IMG/VR virus record: IMGVR_UViG_3300010403_000007
Coordinates: 1 to 57,681 of that record
Length of the DNA stretch: 57,681 bases
Reading direction: 5' to 3' (one strand)
From: a virus
Lineage: Duplodnaviria > Caudoviricetes
Shown here: piece after piece, positions 16,698-26,042 of the stretch
Numbering within the stretch: position 1 is the stretch's first letter
Layout: each line of letters opens with the position of its first letter
The notes under the pieces: model-generated
Seen by the model: only the letters and a program-made list of their open reading frames with translations
Databases searched by the model: none
Told to the model about the DNA's origin: nothing
Program-made: the position numbers and the translations under genes

Positions 16698-17048
16698 CTA
16701 CACCACTCCGCACGGGGCGTTCTCTGCGACCTTAGCGTGTGGGGTTTTCGGATCTCGCCGGGCCAGGATGGCGGCCCGGAAGTGCTGGAAGAAGTTGTCC
16801 CAGTCGCAGTCGGCGGGGCAACCGTCGAACGCGATGCCGGGGATCCCGGCAGCGAGGTGACCGATGATCCATGCCTGGTCAGGGCGAATCGCATCGTCTT
16901 CGCGCATGATCACGTCGGCCATGTTGTCGTTCCACCAGGGCTTTGCGGCGGGAGTGATCTTCAGCGCCCGGTGGTGCAGGGCGTCGAGCTTGGCGACCAT
17001 GAAAGTCACGTCGCGCCGGTTGATGGCGTCTGCGGCGCCCGGGTTCAC
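16698..17048 (-). CDS. hypothetical protein
   Basis: GTGA-coupled to the upstream ORF. Confidence 0.6.
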   Translation of the reverse strand: MNPGAADAINRRDVTFMVAKLDALHHRALKITPAAKPWWNDNMADVIMREDDAIRPDQAWIIGHLAAGIPGIAFDGCPADCDWDNFFQHFRAAILARRDPKTPHAKVAENAPCGVV

Positions 17049-17254
17049 TCGATCACCGTCACGGGGGTGTTGCGGAAGACGGCGCAGTCGCGTCCGCCGA
17101 CGGTCTTGAGGGTGGCGTAGGCGGCGCTGGCCGGGGCGGTGGCCTTCTCCAGGATTCCGGTGACCGTGCGGCCGTGGAAGTCGGGGAAGCTGATGGCCTT
17201 GCCGATGTACTTGTTGCCCGCGTCGGCGATCTTCCCGGCGGTGGGGTGCTGCAT
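17045..17254 (-). CDS. hypothetical protein
   Basis: AAGGAGG RBS, downstream of a promoter. Confidence 0.65.
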   Translation of the reverse strand: MQHPTAGKIADAGNKYIGKAISFPDFHGRTVTGILEKATAPASAAYATLKTVGGRDCAVFRNTPVTVIE

Positions 17255-17285
17255 GTGCTACCTCCTTGTTGGTCTGTCTACTCAC

Positions 17286-17314
17286 AACGTACAGAGGTGG
17301 GGGATCGTTGTCAA
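17286..17314 (-). promoter_or_regulatory. SigA-type promoter TTGACA-N17-TACGTT pointing into the accessory/RNA island
   Basis: Consensus -35 hexamer with 17-nt spacer. Confidence 0.65.
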
Positions 17315-17374
17315 CCCTTGATGCACACGGCACGTTTTAGGCTTGATCTTTCCTAATGTCCCAGTCACCCTGGA

Positions 17375-17668
17375 ATGCACGACAACCCCCGAGGGAGCGC
17401 GGGCGCCATGGGAACACAGCAGATGGAACGGGACACCGTCGAACGGCCGCACGTCAACGGCTGGCGGCAGCGGCCGACCGAGCGGCAGACGTCGTACGCG
17501 ACGTCGCTATGCCGGTCCGAGCTGCCGTACGCCGAGCGGCAGGCCACCATCGCAAGCTTCCCGGCGCTGGACTTCGGTGCCATGTCGGACCTGATCGATG
17601 AGCTTGCCGCTGTACGCGCGAAGCGGATGGCACGTTTGCGGCGTACGGTGCACGGCCGCCGTCGGTAG
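17375..17668 (+). CDS. hypothetical protein
   Basis: Isolated plus-strand ORF (PTERQTSYATSL) followed by a hairpin. Confidence 0.5.
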   Translation: MHDNPRGSAGAMGTQQMERDTVERPHVNGWRQRPTERQTSYATSLCRSELPYAERQATIASFPALDFGAMSDLIDELAAVRAKRMARLRRTVHGRRR

Positions 17669-17680
17669 GGTCACACGAAT

Positions 17681-17718
17681 AGGGCCCGGCAGCCTCCCCC
17701 GTTCGGCTGCCGGGCCCT
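17681..17718. terminator. bidirectional terminator hairpin
   Basis: AGGGCCCGGCAGCC ... GGCTGCCGGGCCCT between convergent ORFs. Confidence 0.65.
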
Positions 17719-17732
17719 CTCGCGTCTCTGGG

Positions 17733-17885
17733 TTACGACTTGCCCTTCCTGAAGACCAGCTTCACGGCGTCGAAGATCGAGCGGGTGGTCTTGCCGTCTC
17801 CGGTGTAGGGCTTCGACGGGGACAGGTGCTTGTCGGTGCTGGCCTGCCCGGTCGTGTAGCCGAGGTTCTTGGTGCGCTTCGTCAT
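17733..17885 (-). CDS. small basic hypothetical protein
   Basis: GGAGGAG RBS, TATGCT -10 upstream. Confidence 0.55.
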   Translation of the reverse strand: MTKRTKNLGYTTGQASTDKHLSPSKPYTGDGKTTRSIFDAVKLVFRKGKS

Positions 17886-18085
17886 CGTGTTCTCTCCTCC
17901 GTCGGTACTGTCTGCTTTAAGCATACACCATGGCGTCGACGGGAGTGGAACGGGGAACGCCCCGGGCCTCCAGGACCTGAACGGTCGACCGTGAGGTAGC
18001 CGGGGCGCCTTTAGTGTCGCAGCACTGCCGCGATTCAACCCGTGTAACCCGGGCAGGCCCGTAAGCCAGCTCGTTACCGGCCAGC

Positions 18086-19543
18086 TTAGTACGGCGAGGA
18101 CACCGGCATAAAGACGTCCGTCGGCGGCGCGGCCACCTTCACCAACTTGTTCTCCTTGCCCATCAGGAACAGACCGGCCTGCACGAGCGCGTCGATACGG
18201 TCGGGGCTGGCCGCCTCGCCGGGCACCCAGGTGCACTGCTGGTCCTCCAGCTCCAGGAACGTGCCGACGTGCTTGACGCGACCCTGCTCGTAGCGGGCGG
18301 CGACCGGTTCGGCGCGCAGCTTCTTGCCCGCCAGGGAGGTGACTTCGCGGATCGGAACGGGCCCGGGTTCGAACAGGCATCCGTCGCACTCGTCGGGGTC
18401 GCGGCAGTCGGGGGCGTGTTCGCGCTGCATCTCCCGGTAGGCGTCGGTCATGACCTGCATGAGCCACTTCTTGCCCATGTTCGTTTCGATGATCAGCCAG
18501 GTGGCGCCTTGCTGGCGAAACATCTCCCAGGCGCGGCGGGCGGCGGCGTTGCCGACGAGCTTGCAGGTCCAGTCGGCCAGGACGTAGTCGTTGCCGTCGT
18601 AGCCCCGGCCGACGGCGAGCAGGCCGGTCTCGTCTCCGGCTCAAGTGGCGCCGGGGTCCATGGAGACGACGACCTGCTTGAGTTCGGGGAGGTCGGAACG
18701 CTTCACCCGATTGTTTTCGATCATGGGCCGGGTCCACAGGGCGCCCTCGATCTCTTCCAGCAGGTGCCCGTACAACTCCTGAAGCCCGGCCCGGGTGCCC
18801 TCGTAGAGCTTCTTCAGTTCTTCGACGACGTGCTTCGACAGGTTCATGATGTTGTCGAAGATCGAGCCGGTCGTGATGACCACGGTGCCGTCGGTCTTGT
18901 GCTGCCATTCGATCAGCAGCTTGATCGGCTTCGGGGTAGTCGTGACGACGGCGCGGGGATGGTCGTCGATCAGCGGGGCGCGCAGCGACGGCAGGATGCC
19001 CTCGTACCAGGCGGCGTACGTGTACCGCCACTTCGCCAGCTCGTCGGCCCACAGCCCGGCCAGGTTGAAGCCACGGCCGACGTCGGCGTTGTCGGCGCCC
19101 TCGAAGTAGATGAGCTGACCCGACGCGAACGTGATCATCAGCTTCGGGCTTTTGTTGTACGTGAAGTCGCGGCCCTTCTTCATCCCCATGCGGGCGAGGA
19201 TGGAAAGGATGCCGGAGTTGCCCTCGATGCAGGCCGTGCGGCAGTCGTTGAGGGTTTCGGCGATGACGAGCCACTCGGTGCGCTGGCCGACCATGTCGAC
19301 CGGGTGCTGGAAGACGCGGTCGAGGAGATCCTCGGCGCCGGTGCGGGTCTTGCCCCAGCCACGGCCGGACCGGATGAGCCAGACGAGCCAGTCGCCGGGC
19401 GGCCGGAACTGCTCGGGGCGACCGACCCACCACCAGGCGCCCTTCTCGATGTCGTCGAGGGTGTGGCGCTGCTGTGCGGCGAGCCAGCGGCGGCGCAGCG
19501 GGGCGGGGAGCAGGGCGAGCTTCTGTGCGGCGGACAGGCTCAT
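18086..19543 (-). CDS. terL: terminase large subunit, interrupted by an in-frame TGA at 18641-18643
   Basis: Walker A GRGWGKT, Walker B LWADE, VTTTP motif C, LQELYG; nuclease VSMDPGAT*AGDETG ... IIETN ... SPDRIDA in the same frame. Confidence 0.9.
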
Positions 19544-19661
19544 GATCGAAAACTATCCGAGTAGGCCGCTTCCAGGGCTGGGACTCCCCTCCGCCCGTCG
19601 CGCGGTGCCCGGGGGGTGCCGGGCTGCCCGGCACGCGGCACACCCCCGGCCGCGCTCGCCA

Positions 19662-20414
19662 TCACGGCCCCGGAGGAGGTGGGGACGGGAGGGCGGCGTC
19701 CAGCTCGGCGGCGACCTGCTCGTTGCCTGCCGTCAATTCTTCGTACCCGGCGGCGATCTGTTCCGGGCTCATCCGGGACACCATCGCATCAAGAGTGGCC
19801 ATGATCTTGTTGTGCTGCACGCCGACCTCAACCCGTACTTCAGGGTTGCCGGTGTCGTCGGTCTTCGTGGACGCGGCCACGGTGACGGTCGTAGCCGACG
19901 AGGCGCCCTTGTTGAGGGTCTCTAGGCCGAGAGCGGCGCGCTCGATCTTCGCGGCGGTGTCGAGCATCAGGATCAGCGCGTGCGGGCTGATGTCCTTGAT
20001 GTTGAGGGTTTCCAGCCGCTGCAGGGCGGCGGTCATCAGCTTCCCGGCGGCCTTGGCGTGACGCTTGGCCATCTCCTCACGGGCTTCCTGGAGGCGGATG
20101 GCGGTGATGCGATCCTGCTCGGCGTCCCAGAGGGCGGCGCGCTGAGCCCACAGGTTGTAGCGGGAGATCTTCGCGATGGTGGCGAAGGTCAGGGTGTTGT
20201 GCATCGCGGCGATCTGAGCGACGCTGCGCAGTCGGCCCATTTCCCGGTACATCTGGAACAGGCCGAAGTTGCGCTGACTCTCGCCGGGCTGCGAGACCCA
20301 CGCATCGTGGGCGGGAGAGAGTTCGAGCTTCTTGCTCCCGCCCAATGCGTTGAGCGCTTCGGTGGTTCTGGTGTGATCGTTGCTTCCCCGGTGTCCCGGT
20401 GGGCGGCGTGTCAT
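19662..20414 (-). CDS. terS: terminase small subunit (probable)
   Basis: WVSQPGES...FQMYREMGRLRS...WAQRAALWD motif; immediately upstream of terL. Confidence 0.65.
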   Translation of the reverse strand: MTRRPPGHRGSNDHTRTTEALNALGGSKKLELSPAHDAWVSQPGESQRNFGLFQMYREMGRLRSVAQIAAMHNTLTFATIAKISRYNLWAQRAALWDAEQDRITAIRLQEAREEMAKRHAKAAGKLMTAALQRLETLNIKDISPHALILMLDTAAKIERAALGLETLNKGASSATTVTVAASTKTDDTGNPEVRVEVGVQHNKIMATLDAMVSRMSPEQIAAGYEELTAGNEQVAAELDAALPSPPPPGP

Positions 20415-20446
20415 GTGATCTCCTCCTACGCCGCCCAGGATACGGG

Positions 20447-20755
20447 TTACCGGTGTAGCGGTCCGGGTGCGAGGTCGACGGGCGGGTTCGGCTTCCGCGA
20501 GCGGGGCAGGCGCGGCGTCGGCGCCCGCCACGACTCGTGCGCGATGGCGTTGGTCGCGGCGGTGTAGGCGCGTTCGGCGGCCTGCACCTCTTCCTGGTGG
20601 ACCAGGGTCAGGGTGATCCCGGCCCGGCCGCATTCGCGGACCTGCTGCCGGGCCCGTTCCAGCTGAACGGCGGCTTCGTACCGGTCGATCATCTTCTCTC
20701 TGACGAGGCGCCCCCAGGCCATAGCGGCGGCGGCGCGTGCTTCAAGGTCGGGCAT
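20447..20755 (-). CDS. hypothetical protein
   Basis: GAGGAG RBS before ATG 20755. Confidence 0.55.
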   Translation of the reverse strand: MPDLEARAAAAMAWGRLVREKMIDRYEAAVQLERARQQVRECGRAGITLTLVHQEEVQAAERAYTAATNAIAHESWRAPTPRLPRSRKPNPPVDLAPGPLHR

Positions 20756-20781
20756 CGTCTTCTCCTCGTTTTTGATCATGG

Positions 20782-21159
20782 TCAGCGCCGGGCACCCCAG
20801 CGCATGCCACCCCGGACCGGCCGCGCGGTGAGGCGCTGGATCAGGTCGACGCCGTCGGCCCACAGGTCGGCGGCATCAGCGATGGCGGGCGGGATCTCGG
20901 CGGCGGCGATCCGGCGGCCGGTGAACCGGAAGATCAGGGCATCGGTGCGGCCATGATCGAAGGTGGTGTCGCCGTGCCATTCGTACAGGCACGCGTCGAA
21001 TCCCCAGGGCATCCACGTGGACCAGACGACCTGGATGGGCGGCGACGTGTCGGGCGGCACGAAACCGGCCTGCTCGCCGTCGGCGGGACCGCCGGTGAGC
21101 AGGATCCGGGCGAGGTTGCTGGACGGGGTGTGCGGCCAAGCCCAGTTGGCCATGGTCAT
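20782..21159 (-). CDS. hypothetical protein
   Basis: LTGGPADG motif; coupled ORF. Confidence 0.55.
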   Translation of the reverse strand: MTMANWAWPHTPSSNLARILLTGGPADGEQAGFVPPDTSPPIQVVWSTWMPWGFDACLYEWHGDTTFDHGRTDALIFRFTGRRIAAAEIPPAIADAADLWADGVDLIQRLTARPVRGGMRWGARR

Positions 21160-21446
21160 CCCTTCTTCCGGGGCCGGGTCGGCACGTCGTGGAGGCGGTC
21201 GTAGTGGTTTCTGCCGACGGTGAGCGCGGCGGGGATGCCGAGCCGGTGGCGGATGCGGATGACCGAGCGGCGGTATATCCCCAGCCGGTGGGCAATCTGT
21301 CCGTCCGAGTAGCCACGACGGGCGAGACGGCGGGTGGCTTCGGCGGCGTCGGCCGCCCGGATCGGCTCGCCCGGGAGGCGGTCATCCAGCAGGCGCTGAA
21401 CGACCACCTCGTCGTAGGCGGCGTAGTCGGGTGGCTTCCCGGCCAT
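21156..21446 (-). CDS. helix-turn-helix DNA-binding protein
   Basis: RGYSDGQIAHRLGIYRRSVIRIRHRLGI. Confidence 0.7.
   Translation of the reverse strand: MAGKPPDYAAYDEVVVQRLLDDRLPGEPIRAADAAEATRRLARRGYSDGQIAHRLGIYRRSVIRIRHRLGIPAALTVGRNHYDRLHDVPTRPRKKG
21218..21265. repeat. 48-bp exact direct repeat (second copy at 23967-24014)
   Basis: CGGTGAGCGCGGCGGGGATGCCGAGCCGGTGGCGGATGCGGATGACCG at both loci. Confidence 0.9.
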
Positions 21447-21628
21447 CAGTGACTCCGCATGAAGTCGCGGGCCGTAGCCGGGCAGTCGATGGCGTAGGCC
21501 CAGCGGGTACCGAAGTACGTGGCGGAAAGGTCCGACATCCGCCACGAGAGGACTTTGACCCGGTGCCCGTGCAGGATGGCATGTGCGCGGGCCTGGCGCA
21601 TCAGCCGGTCCCATTCCCTCGGGTTCAT
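21446..21628 (-). CDS. small basic hypothetical protein
   Basis: Coupled ORF. Confidence 0.5.
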   Translation of the reverse strand: MNPREWDRLMRQARAHAILHGHRVKVLSWRMSDLSATYFGTRWAYAIDCPATARDFMRSH

Positions 21629-22002
21629 CCTTTGGCCTCTCGCTCGTTTTCGATCATGATCTGGCGGGGGCAGCGGGTGTACCGGCACGGGTCGTCCCGG
21701 AACACGTGCTCGTACGTGTCGGCGTCTTTGCGGTGGTGGAACGCCCAGTGCTTCAACCCGCCGGGGTGGCCGCAGGACGAGCGGACCCACCACGAGAAAG
21801 AGTCGTCGCGCGGTGAGTTCTGTTCCGGCGGCCACTGCCCGTCGGGCATGGGCCTTATCAGCCACGTGACACCGGCCGACGACGTCGGCGCGTCGGACCC
21901 GATCCACTTGCCGGAAGGGGCCGAAGCCCAGCTCTCCGAGGGGAGAGCCGGGCTCTGGCGTGCTTCGTTCAGTTCTCGTTTGGTACGGCGCTTCTCGGTC
22001 AC
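21625..22002 (-). CDS. hypothetical protein
   Basis: Coupled ORF with Cys/His motifs. Confidence 0.5.
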   Translation of the reverse strand: MTEKRRTKRELNEARQSPALPSESWASAPSGKWIGSDAPTSSAGVTWLIRPMPDGQWPPEQNSPRDDSFSWWVRSSCGHPGGLKHWAFHHRKDADTYEHVFRDDPCRYTRCPRQIMIENEREAKG

Positions 22003-22781
22003 TGCCAGGCGGGCAGGGCCGAGGTGCGGCGCCGCTGGTTGTAGAGGTTGGTGATCGCCCAGGCGATCTGGGTGGACAGGTTCCCGGACCGGGCGAGTTT
22101 CTGGCCCCGGGCGTAGCCGACGAGGGCGTCCGGGCCGCCCGGCGAGGCGGCGAGCCGCTGCGCGAGATCGGTCAGGTTGACGGCGCTGCCGTACTTGGCG
22201 AGCATCCGGCCGAGACCTTCGACCATGGCTCCCTGAACGGCCGCCGGGATGTGCCCGTAGGCGGACGTCAGGGTGGCGATGGTCGCGGCGGCAGCATTCG
22301 GGTCCAGGGCGTAGACACGCTCCAGGGCCCGGATGGCGGAGATCTTCCCGGTGGCGGTGCTGGTCGCCAGGGTCCAGCCGTTGTCGGTCAGGACCCGACT
22401 CAGGAAGAGGGATTCGGGGCGGCCCTCGATGCAGGCGACGAAGAACTGGTCGACGGGGGAGACCTTCTCGGTGGCGTTCAGCTTCCGGAAGAGGGCGGCT
22501 TCCTGCGGGATGCTGAGGCCGTGGTACTCGTTGGTCGTGATCAGGTCGGTGTATCCGGCGGCCTCGGCGGCCTCGTAGCGGTGCTGGCCGTCGATGATGT
22601 GGATGCGTTCGGCGGACCGGTACGAGGTGGTGAGCACGCCGAGGGCGGCCGGGGTGAAGTCGGCGGCCATCTTGGCGACACGGCTGCGCTTGATGGCGCG
22701 CTGGACCTGCGGGTCGACCCAGAGTTCGCCGACCTTGCGGTTGACGATGGTGTGGGTGACTTCGGCCGGGGGGTTGATCAT
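21999..22781 (-). CDS. ParB/Srx-superfamily (DUF6551-like) protein
   Basis: VDPQVQR, IIDGQHR and EAALF..LN motifs. Confidence 0.75.
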   Translation of the reverse strand: MINPPAEVTHTIVNRKVGELWVDPQVQRAIKRSRVAKMAADFTPAALGVLTTSYRSAERIHIIDGQHRYEAAEAAGYTDLITTNEYHGLSIPQEAALFRKLNATEKVSPVDQFFVACIEGRPESLFLSRVLTDNGWTLATSTATGKISAIRALERVYALDPNAAAATIATLTSAYGHIPAAVQGAMVEGLGRMLAKYGSAVNLTDLAQRLAASPGGPDALVGYARGQKLARSGNLSTQIAWAITNLYNQRRRTSALPAWQ

Positions 22782-23719
22782 GACTGGATGTGCTCCTTCA
22801 TGCCGTTGATGACCTTCTCGATGTCCCGGCGGATCTTCATCAGCCGGGCGTGGACCGGCGCGACCTGTTCCGAGGTCAGGCCGGGGTTCGGGGTGCCGAG
22901 CTGGGTGAGGCCGTCGGTCAGGCCCTCCAGTTGCGGCAGGATGCGATCCCAGCTGGCCCGCTGCTTCGCGGGGGAGGCCGGTTCCGTGGGCGGCGCCAGG
23001 CGAGCCCGGGTGCTGCCGTTCGGGCGTTTGACGATGAGCGAGTCGTAGCTGGCCCAGATGCTGCTCTTACCCTCGTCCAGAGCGATCATGGCGGCGGCGG
23101 CACGTTCACGCCGGTCCGCCGGGAGAGCGGCGTCGTTGATCATGCGGTGGATCATGTGCAGGCGCGACGCGGTCGCCTCGGCCATGCCGAACGGCTCACC
23201 GAGAACACCCATCAGGTACTCGGCGGCGGTGCCCTTGTTCTTGGAGCGGCCCGCTTTGCGCTGGCCGAGTTGAGTCTGCTTGCGCAGCTCGACTCCCCGG
23301 CGCCGCGCTTCGTTGCGGCGCACGGCGGCCGCCGGTGCGTCCAGCTCGATCAGGACGTCCCAGAGGCGGCACATCTCCGACGGGAGCAGCGGGACGGCCA
23401 GGTGCTCGTTGCCGTTGTCCGAGAGCAGGCGCTTGGCCGCATCCTCGATCGTGTCGACGGTCACAGCGGGGATCGTGGTCCTGTTGAGCGACACGCAAGC
23501 GCGAAGGCGCCGGTATCCGGAGACCAGGGTCCCGTCGGACCAGATCGTGATCGGGATCAGCAGGCCCTCTTTCTCGATGCTGTCGATCAGGTCGGCGCTG
23601 GCCGCGTAGTTGGAGTTGGAGTCGTTGCGGATCAGCGGGACGTTCACGTCCGCGACAGGAACAGGCTTCTCGGGTCCCACGGGCGCCTTCTCTCGCAGTA
23701 TGTCTTTCAGGGTTTTCAC
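22778..23719 (-). CDS. ParB N-terminal domain protein
   Basis: LIDSIEKEGLLIPITI...LVSGYRRLRA. Confidence 0.75.
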   Translation of the reverse strand: MKTLKDILREKAPVGPEKPVPVADVNVPLIRNDSNSNYAASADLIDSIEKEGLLIPITIWSDGTLVSGYRRLRACVSLNRTTIPAVTVDTIEDAAKRLLSDNGNEHLAVPLLPSEMCRLWDVLIELDAPAAAVRRNEARRRGVELRKQTQLGQRKAGRSKNKGTAAEYLMGVLGEPFGMAEATASRLHMIHRMINDAALPADRRERAAAAMIALDEGKSSIWASYDSLIVKRPNGSTRARLAPPTEPASPAKQRASWDRILPQLEGLTDGLTQLGTPNPGLTSEQVAPVHARLMKIRRDIEKVINGMKEHIQS

Positions 23720-24225
23720 GGAAGGATTTCCAGCTGGCGGGTGTCGCCGCTGGGGGTTTCGAACCAGGCGACGGGAGTGTCGGGCCGGTCGGACGGGTCG
23801 GGGGCGTCGGCGGGCGGCTGGGGGGTGACGCTCTCCAGGAAGGTGCGGTCGTCGGGGCCGATCAGCGGGGCGGGTGGCATCGGGACGTCGACGACGGCCG
23901 TGGCGTCGCTGCGCCACGCGGGTTCGGCTACCGGCATGGGGATGACGCGGGCCTTCTTCTCGTCGTCGGTGAGCGCGGCGGGGATGCCGAGCCGGTGGCG
24001 GATGCGGATGACCGCAGGCGGGGCGGAGATGGGCCGGTACGGCTCGCTGACGTCCGCGAGGCGGTGTCGGCCTCGCTTCAGGTCGGCGGGCGTCTTCTCG
24101 CCGGTCTGGGGCCAGATGAGGGGCGTCCAGCGGTTCCGGGTGGACCAGACGGCCAGGGTGATGACGAAGATGGCGAGGTCGGCCATCAGCAGAGCGGGGG
24201 CGTGCCGGGCGATCAGGTCGAGCAT
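23716..24225 (-). CDS. hypothetical membrane-anchored protein
   Basis: N-terminal TM helix, Pro-rich tail; contains the second 48-bp repeat copy. Confidence 0.55.
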   Translation of the reverse strand: MLDLIARHAPALLMADLAIFVITLAVWSTRNRWTPLIWPQTGEKTPADLKRGRHRLADVSEPYRPISAPPAVIRIRHRLGIPAALTDDEKKARVIPMPVAEPAWRSDATAVVDVPMPPAPLIGPDDRTFLESVTPQPPADAPDPSDRPDTPVAWFETPSGDTRQLEILP

Positions 24226-24386
24226 GGTGGGCCTTTCCGGGGTGGGTCGTGCTGACGCCCATCAGCTTGCGCTTCTTGGCCCGCTCTGTCAACTGCAACC
24301 TTACAGCAAGATCCGGCCCTGGCGCTCACCGGGGGGTGCACCTGTATGCTCATGGCTAACGTTCACCCGTTACCGAAGGACACACC

Positions 24387-24767
24387 ATGAGCAAGGTCAG
24401 CTACAAGACCCTGTGGCGGGAGGTCAGTGACGAGCGCGACCGCCTCGCAGCGGAAATCACCCGGCTGAAAGAGCGCATCGAGCACATCAACGGCCTGATC
24501 GCCGCAAGCCGCAACGACCTGGCCGAATCCCGGCCGCTCGTCGACCTCGCCGGGATCGCCCGGCACATGCGGGCCGCCCGCTACACCCCGCAGCAGTGGT
24601 CCCAGCGTGGCCTGCTGCCGCCCGTCGACTTCCCCGAGATCAAAGAGCCGCTCTGGTACGCGGCCACCGTCCGGGATCAGTTCGCCATCCCGACCGGCAG
24701 GCCCTGGTACGACCACCCGGAGGACGTGCCGGAGGATGCGCCCGAGGCACTGTCCCCTGTAGCCTGA
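24387..24767 (+). CDS. putative DNA-binding protein (coiled coil + HTH-like)
   Basis: LVDLAGIARHMRAARYTPQQW...PLWY; first gene of the divergent plus-strand operon. Confidence 0.55.
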   Translation: MSKVSYKTLWREVSDERDRLAAEITRLKERIEHINGLIAASRNDLAESRPLVDLAGIARHMRAARYTPQQWSQRGLLPPVDFPEIKEPLWYAATVRDQFAIPTGRPWYDHPEDVPEDAPEALSPVA

Positions 24768-24894
24768 CAAGGCAAAGAAAAAACGCCCCGGGCGGCAACC
24801 CGAGGCGTCGAACCATGTTCATGCGTTCCGCAACGCACCCCGAAGTCTACCGACGGCATACAGCCGGGACAACTTCGCAGGGTGCCCTGTTCAA

Positions 24895-25182
24895 ATGAGG
24901 CACCAAATGAACGCTCGAATTCAGCGCATCGCAGCACCCGTCGGCTACGTGGGCATCGACAGGGAGCTTTTCTCCAGCCTCTCGCTGCAAGCAGGCGGGA
25001 TGGTGATGTGGTTTTTGACTCTCCCCAGTCAGGAGGAGGTCGCCATGGAGCGTCTTGTGGCTGCCGGGCCTGACGGCGAGAACGTCGTGCGCGAAATTGT
25101 CCAGGAGCTGATTGAGCAGGGATGCCTGCGTGAAGCAGTGGGCCAGGACGGTATCTCCACGTACGCCCTGATCACCAAATGA
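24895..25182 (+). CDS. winged-helix-like hypothetical protein
   Basis: LSLQAGGMVMWFLTLP...VREIVQELIEQGCL resembles the N-terminal domain of the next gene. Confidence 0.5.
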   Translation: MRHQMNARIQRIAAPVGYVGIDRELFSSLSLQAGGMVMWFLTLPSQEEVAMERLVAAGPDGENVVREIVQELIEQGCLREAVGQDGISTYALITK

Positions 25183-26042
25183 GCACGATCCGTCGCGGCC
25201 CCCTGCCGACTGACCACTTCACAATCATCTCCAACGCCTGGACGCGGGATGCCGCGCTGCCATGGGAGGCACGTGGCCTGCTGGCGTGGCTTGCTGGACA
25301 CACAGAGAGCCACAACATCACCGAGGAGACCATCGTCAACGCGGGACCTGCTGGCGTCCGCGCCGTCCGGTCGATGATCAAGTCCCTGGAAGATGCCGGA
25401 TATCTGCGGCGCGACCGCACGCCGATCCTGACCGGCGGATCGACCGTCGACTACGTCCTGACCGACCCCGGAGAGTGCCGCAACAGCACCCTCCCGAGGG
25501 TGCTGCAACAGCACCCTCGGGCTGACCAGGGAAAACAGGCCGAAAACGGGGAAGATCCGCAGGTCAGCCCGAAGGTGCCGCAACAGCACCCTCGTTCCTC
25601 ATCAGAAAACCAGAAGAAGAACAAAGAGACTTTGTCTCTTGGTCGCGCTCCGCGCTCCGCAACAGCGACACGTGTTCCAGACGACTTCATCCCGACGCAG
25701 CAGCTGCGGGACTGGTTCGCCGCCGAGAGGCTGCACACCGTCATCGACGCCCGGACCGAGCACGAGAAGTTCATGGACTACTGGCGGGCCGAACCCGGCG
25801 CCCGTGGCCGCAAACTGGACTGGCCCGCAACGTGGCGCCGCTGGATGCGCACCGCTGCCGAGCGGGCCTCCCGGTACGGCAACCGCCCCGTGTCCGCCCC
25901 GCCCGGCACGTCGGTGATGCCGTCGGCCGGTGCCCCGTACCGCCCCAGCACCACCGATCAGAAGATCGCCCAGACGCTTGAACTGGGACGCCGTTTGCAG
26001 ATGGAGGAGGACGCACGCAATGAATCTTCAGGAAGTCACTAA
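25179..26042 (+). CDS. replication initiator (lambda O-like wHTH plus DnaT-like C-terminal domain)
   Basis: FTIISNAW..DAALPWEARGLL, LEDAGYL; VPDDF..EKFMDYW..KLDWPATWRRW; internal iterons. Confidence 0.8.
   Translation: MSTIRRGPLPTDHFTIISNAWTRDAALPWEARGLLAWLAGHTESHNITEETIVNAGPAGVRAVRSMIKSLEDAGYLRRDRTPILTGGSTVDYVLTDPGECRNSTLPRVLQQHPRADQGKQAENGEDPQVSPKVPQQHPRSSSENQKKNKETLSLGRAPRSATATRVPDDFIPTQQLRDWFAAERLHTVIDARTEHEKFMDYWRAEPGARGRKLDWPATWRRWMRTAAERASRYGNRPVSAPPGTSVMPSAGAPYRPSTTDQKIAQTLELGRRLQMEEDARNESSGSH
25475..25640. repeat. iterons (3 x GTGCYGCAACAGCACCCTC) plus A-rich tract: putative replication origin
   Basis: Copies at 25475, 25500 and 25575; A-rich stretch 25601-25630. Confidence 0.75.
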
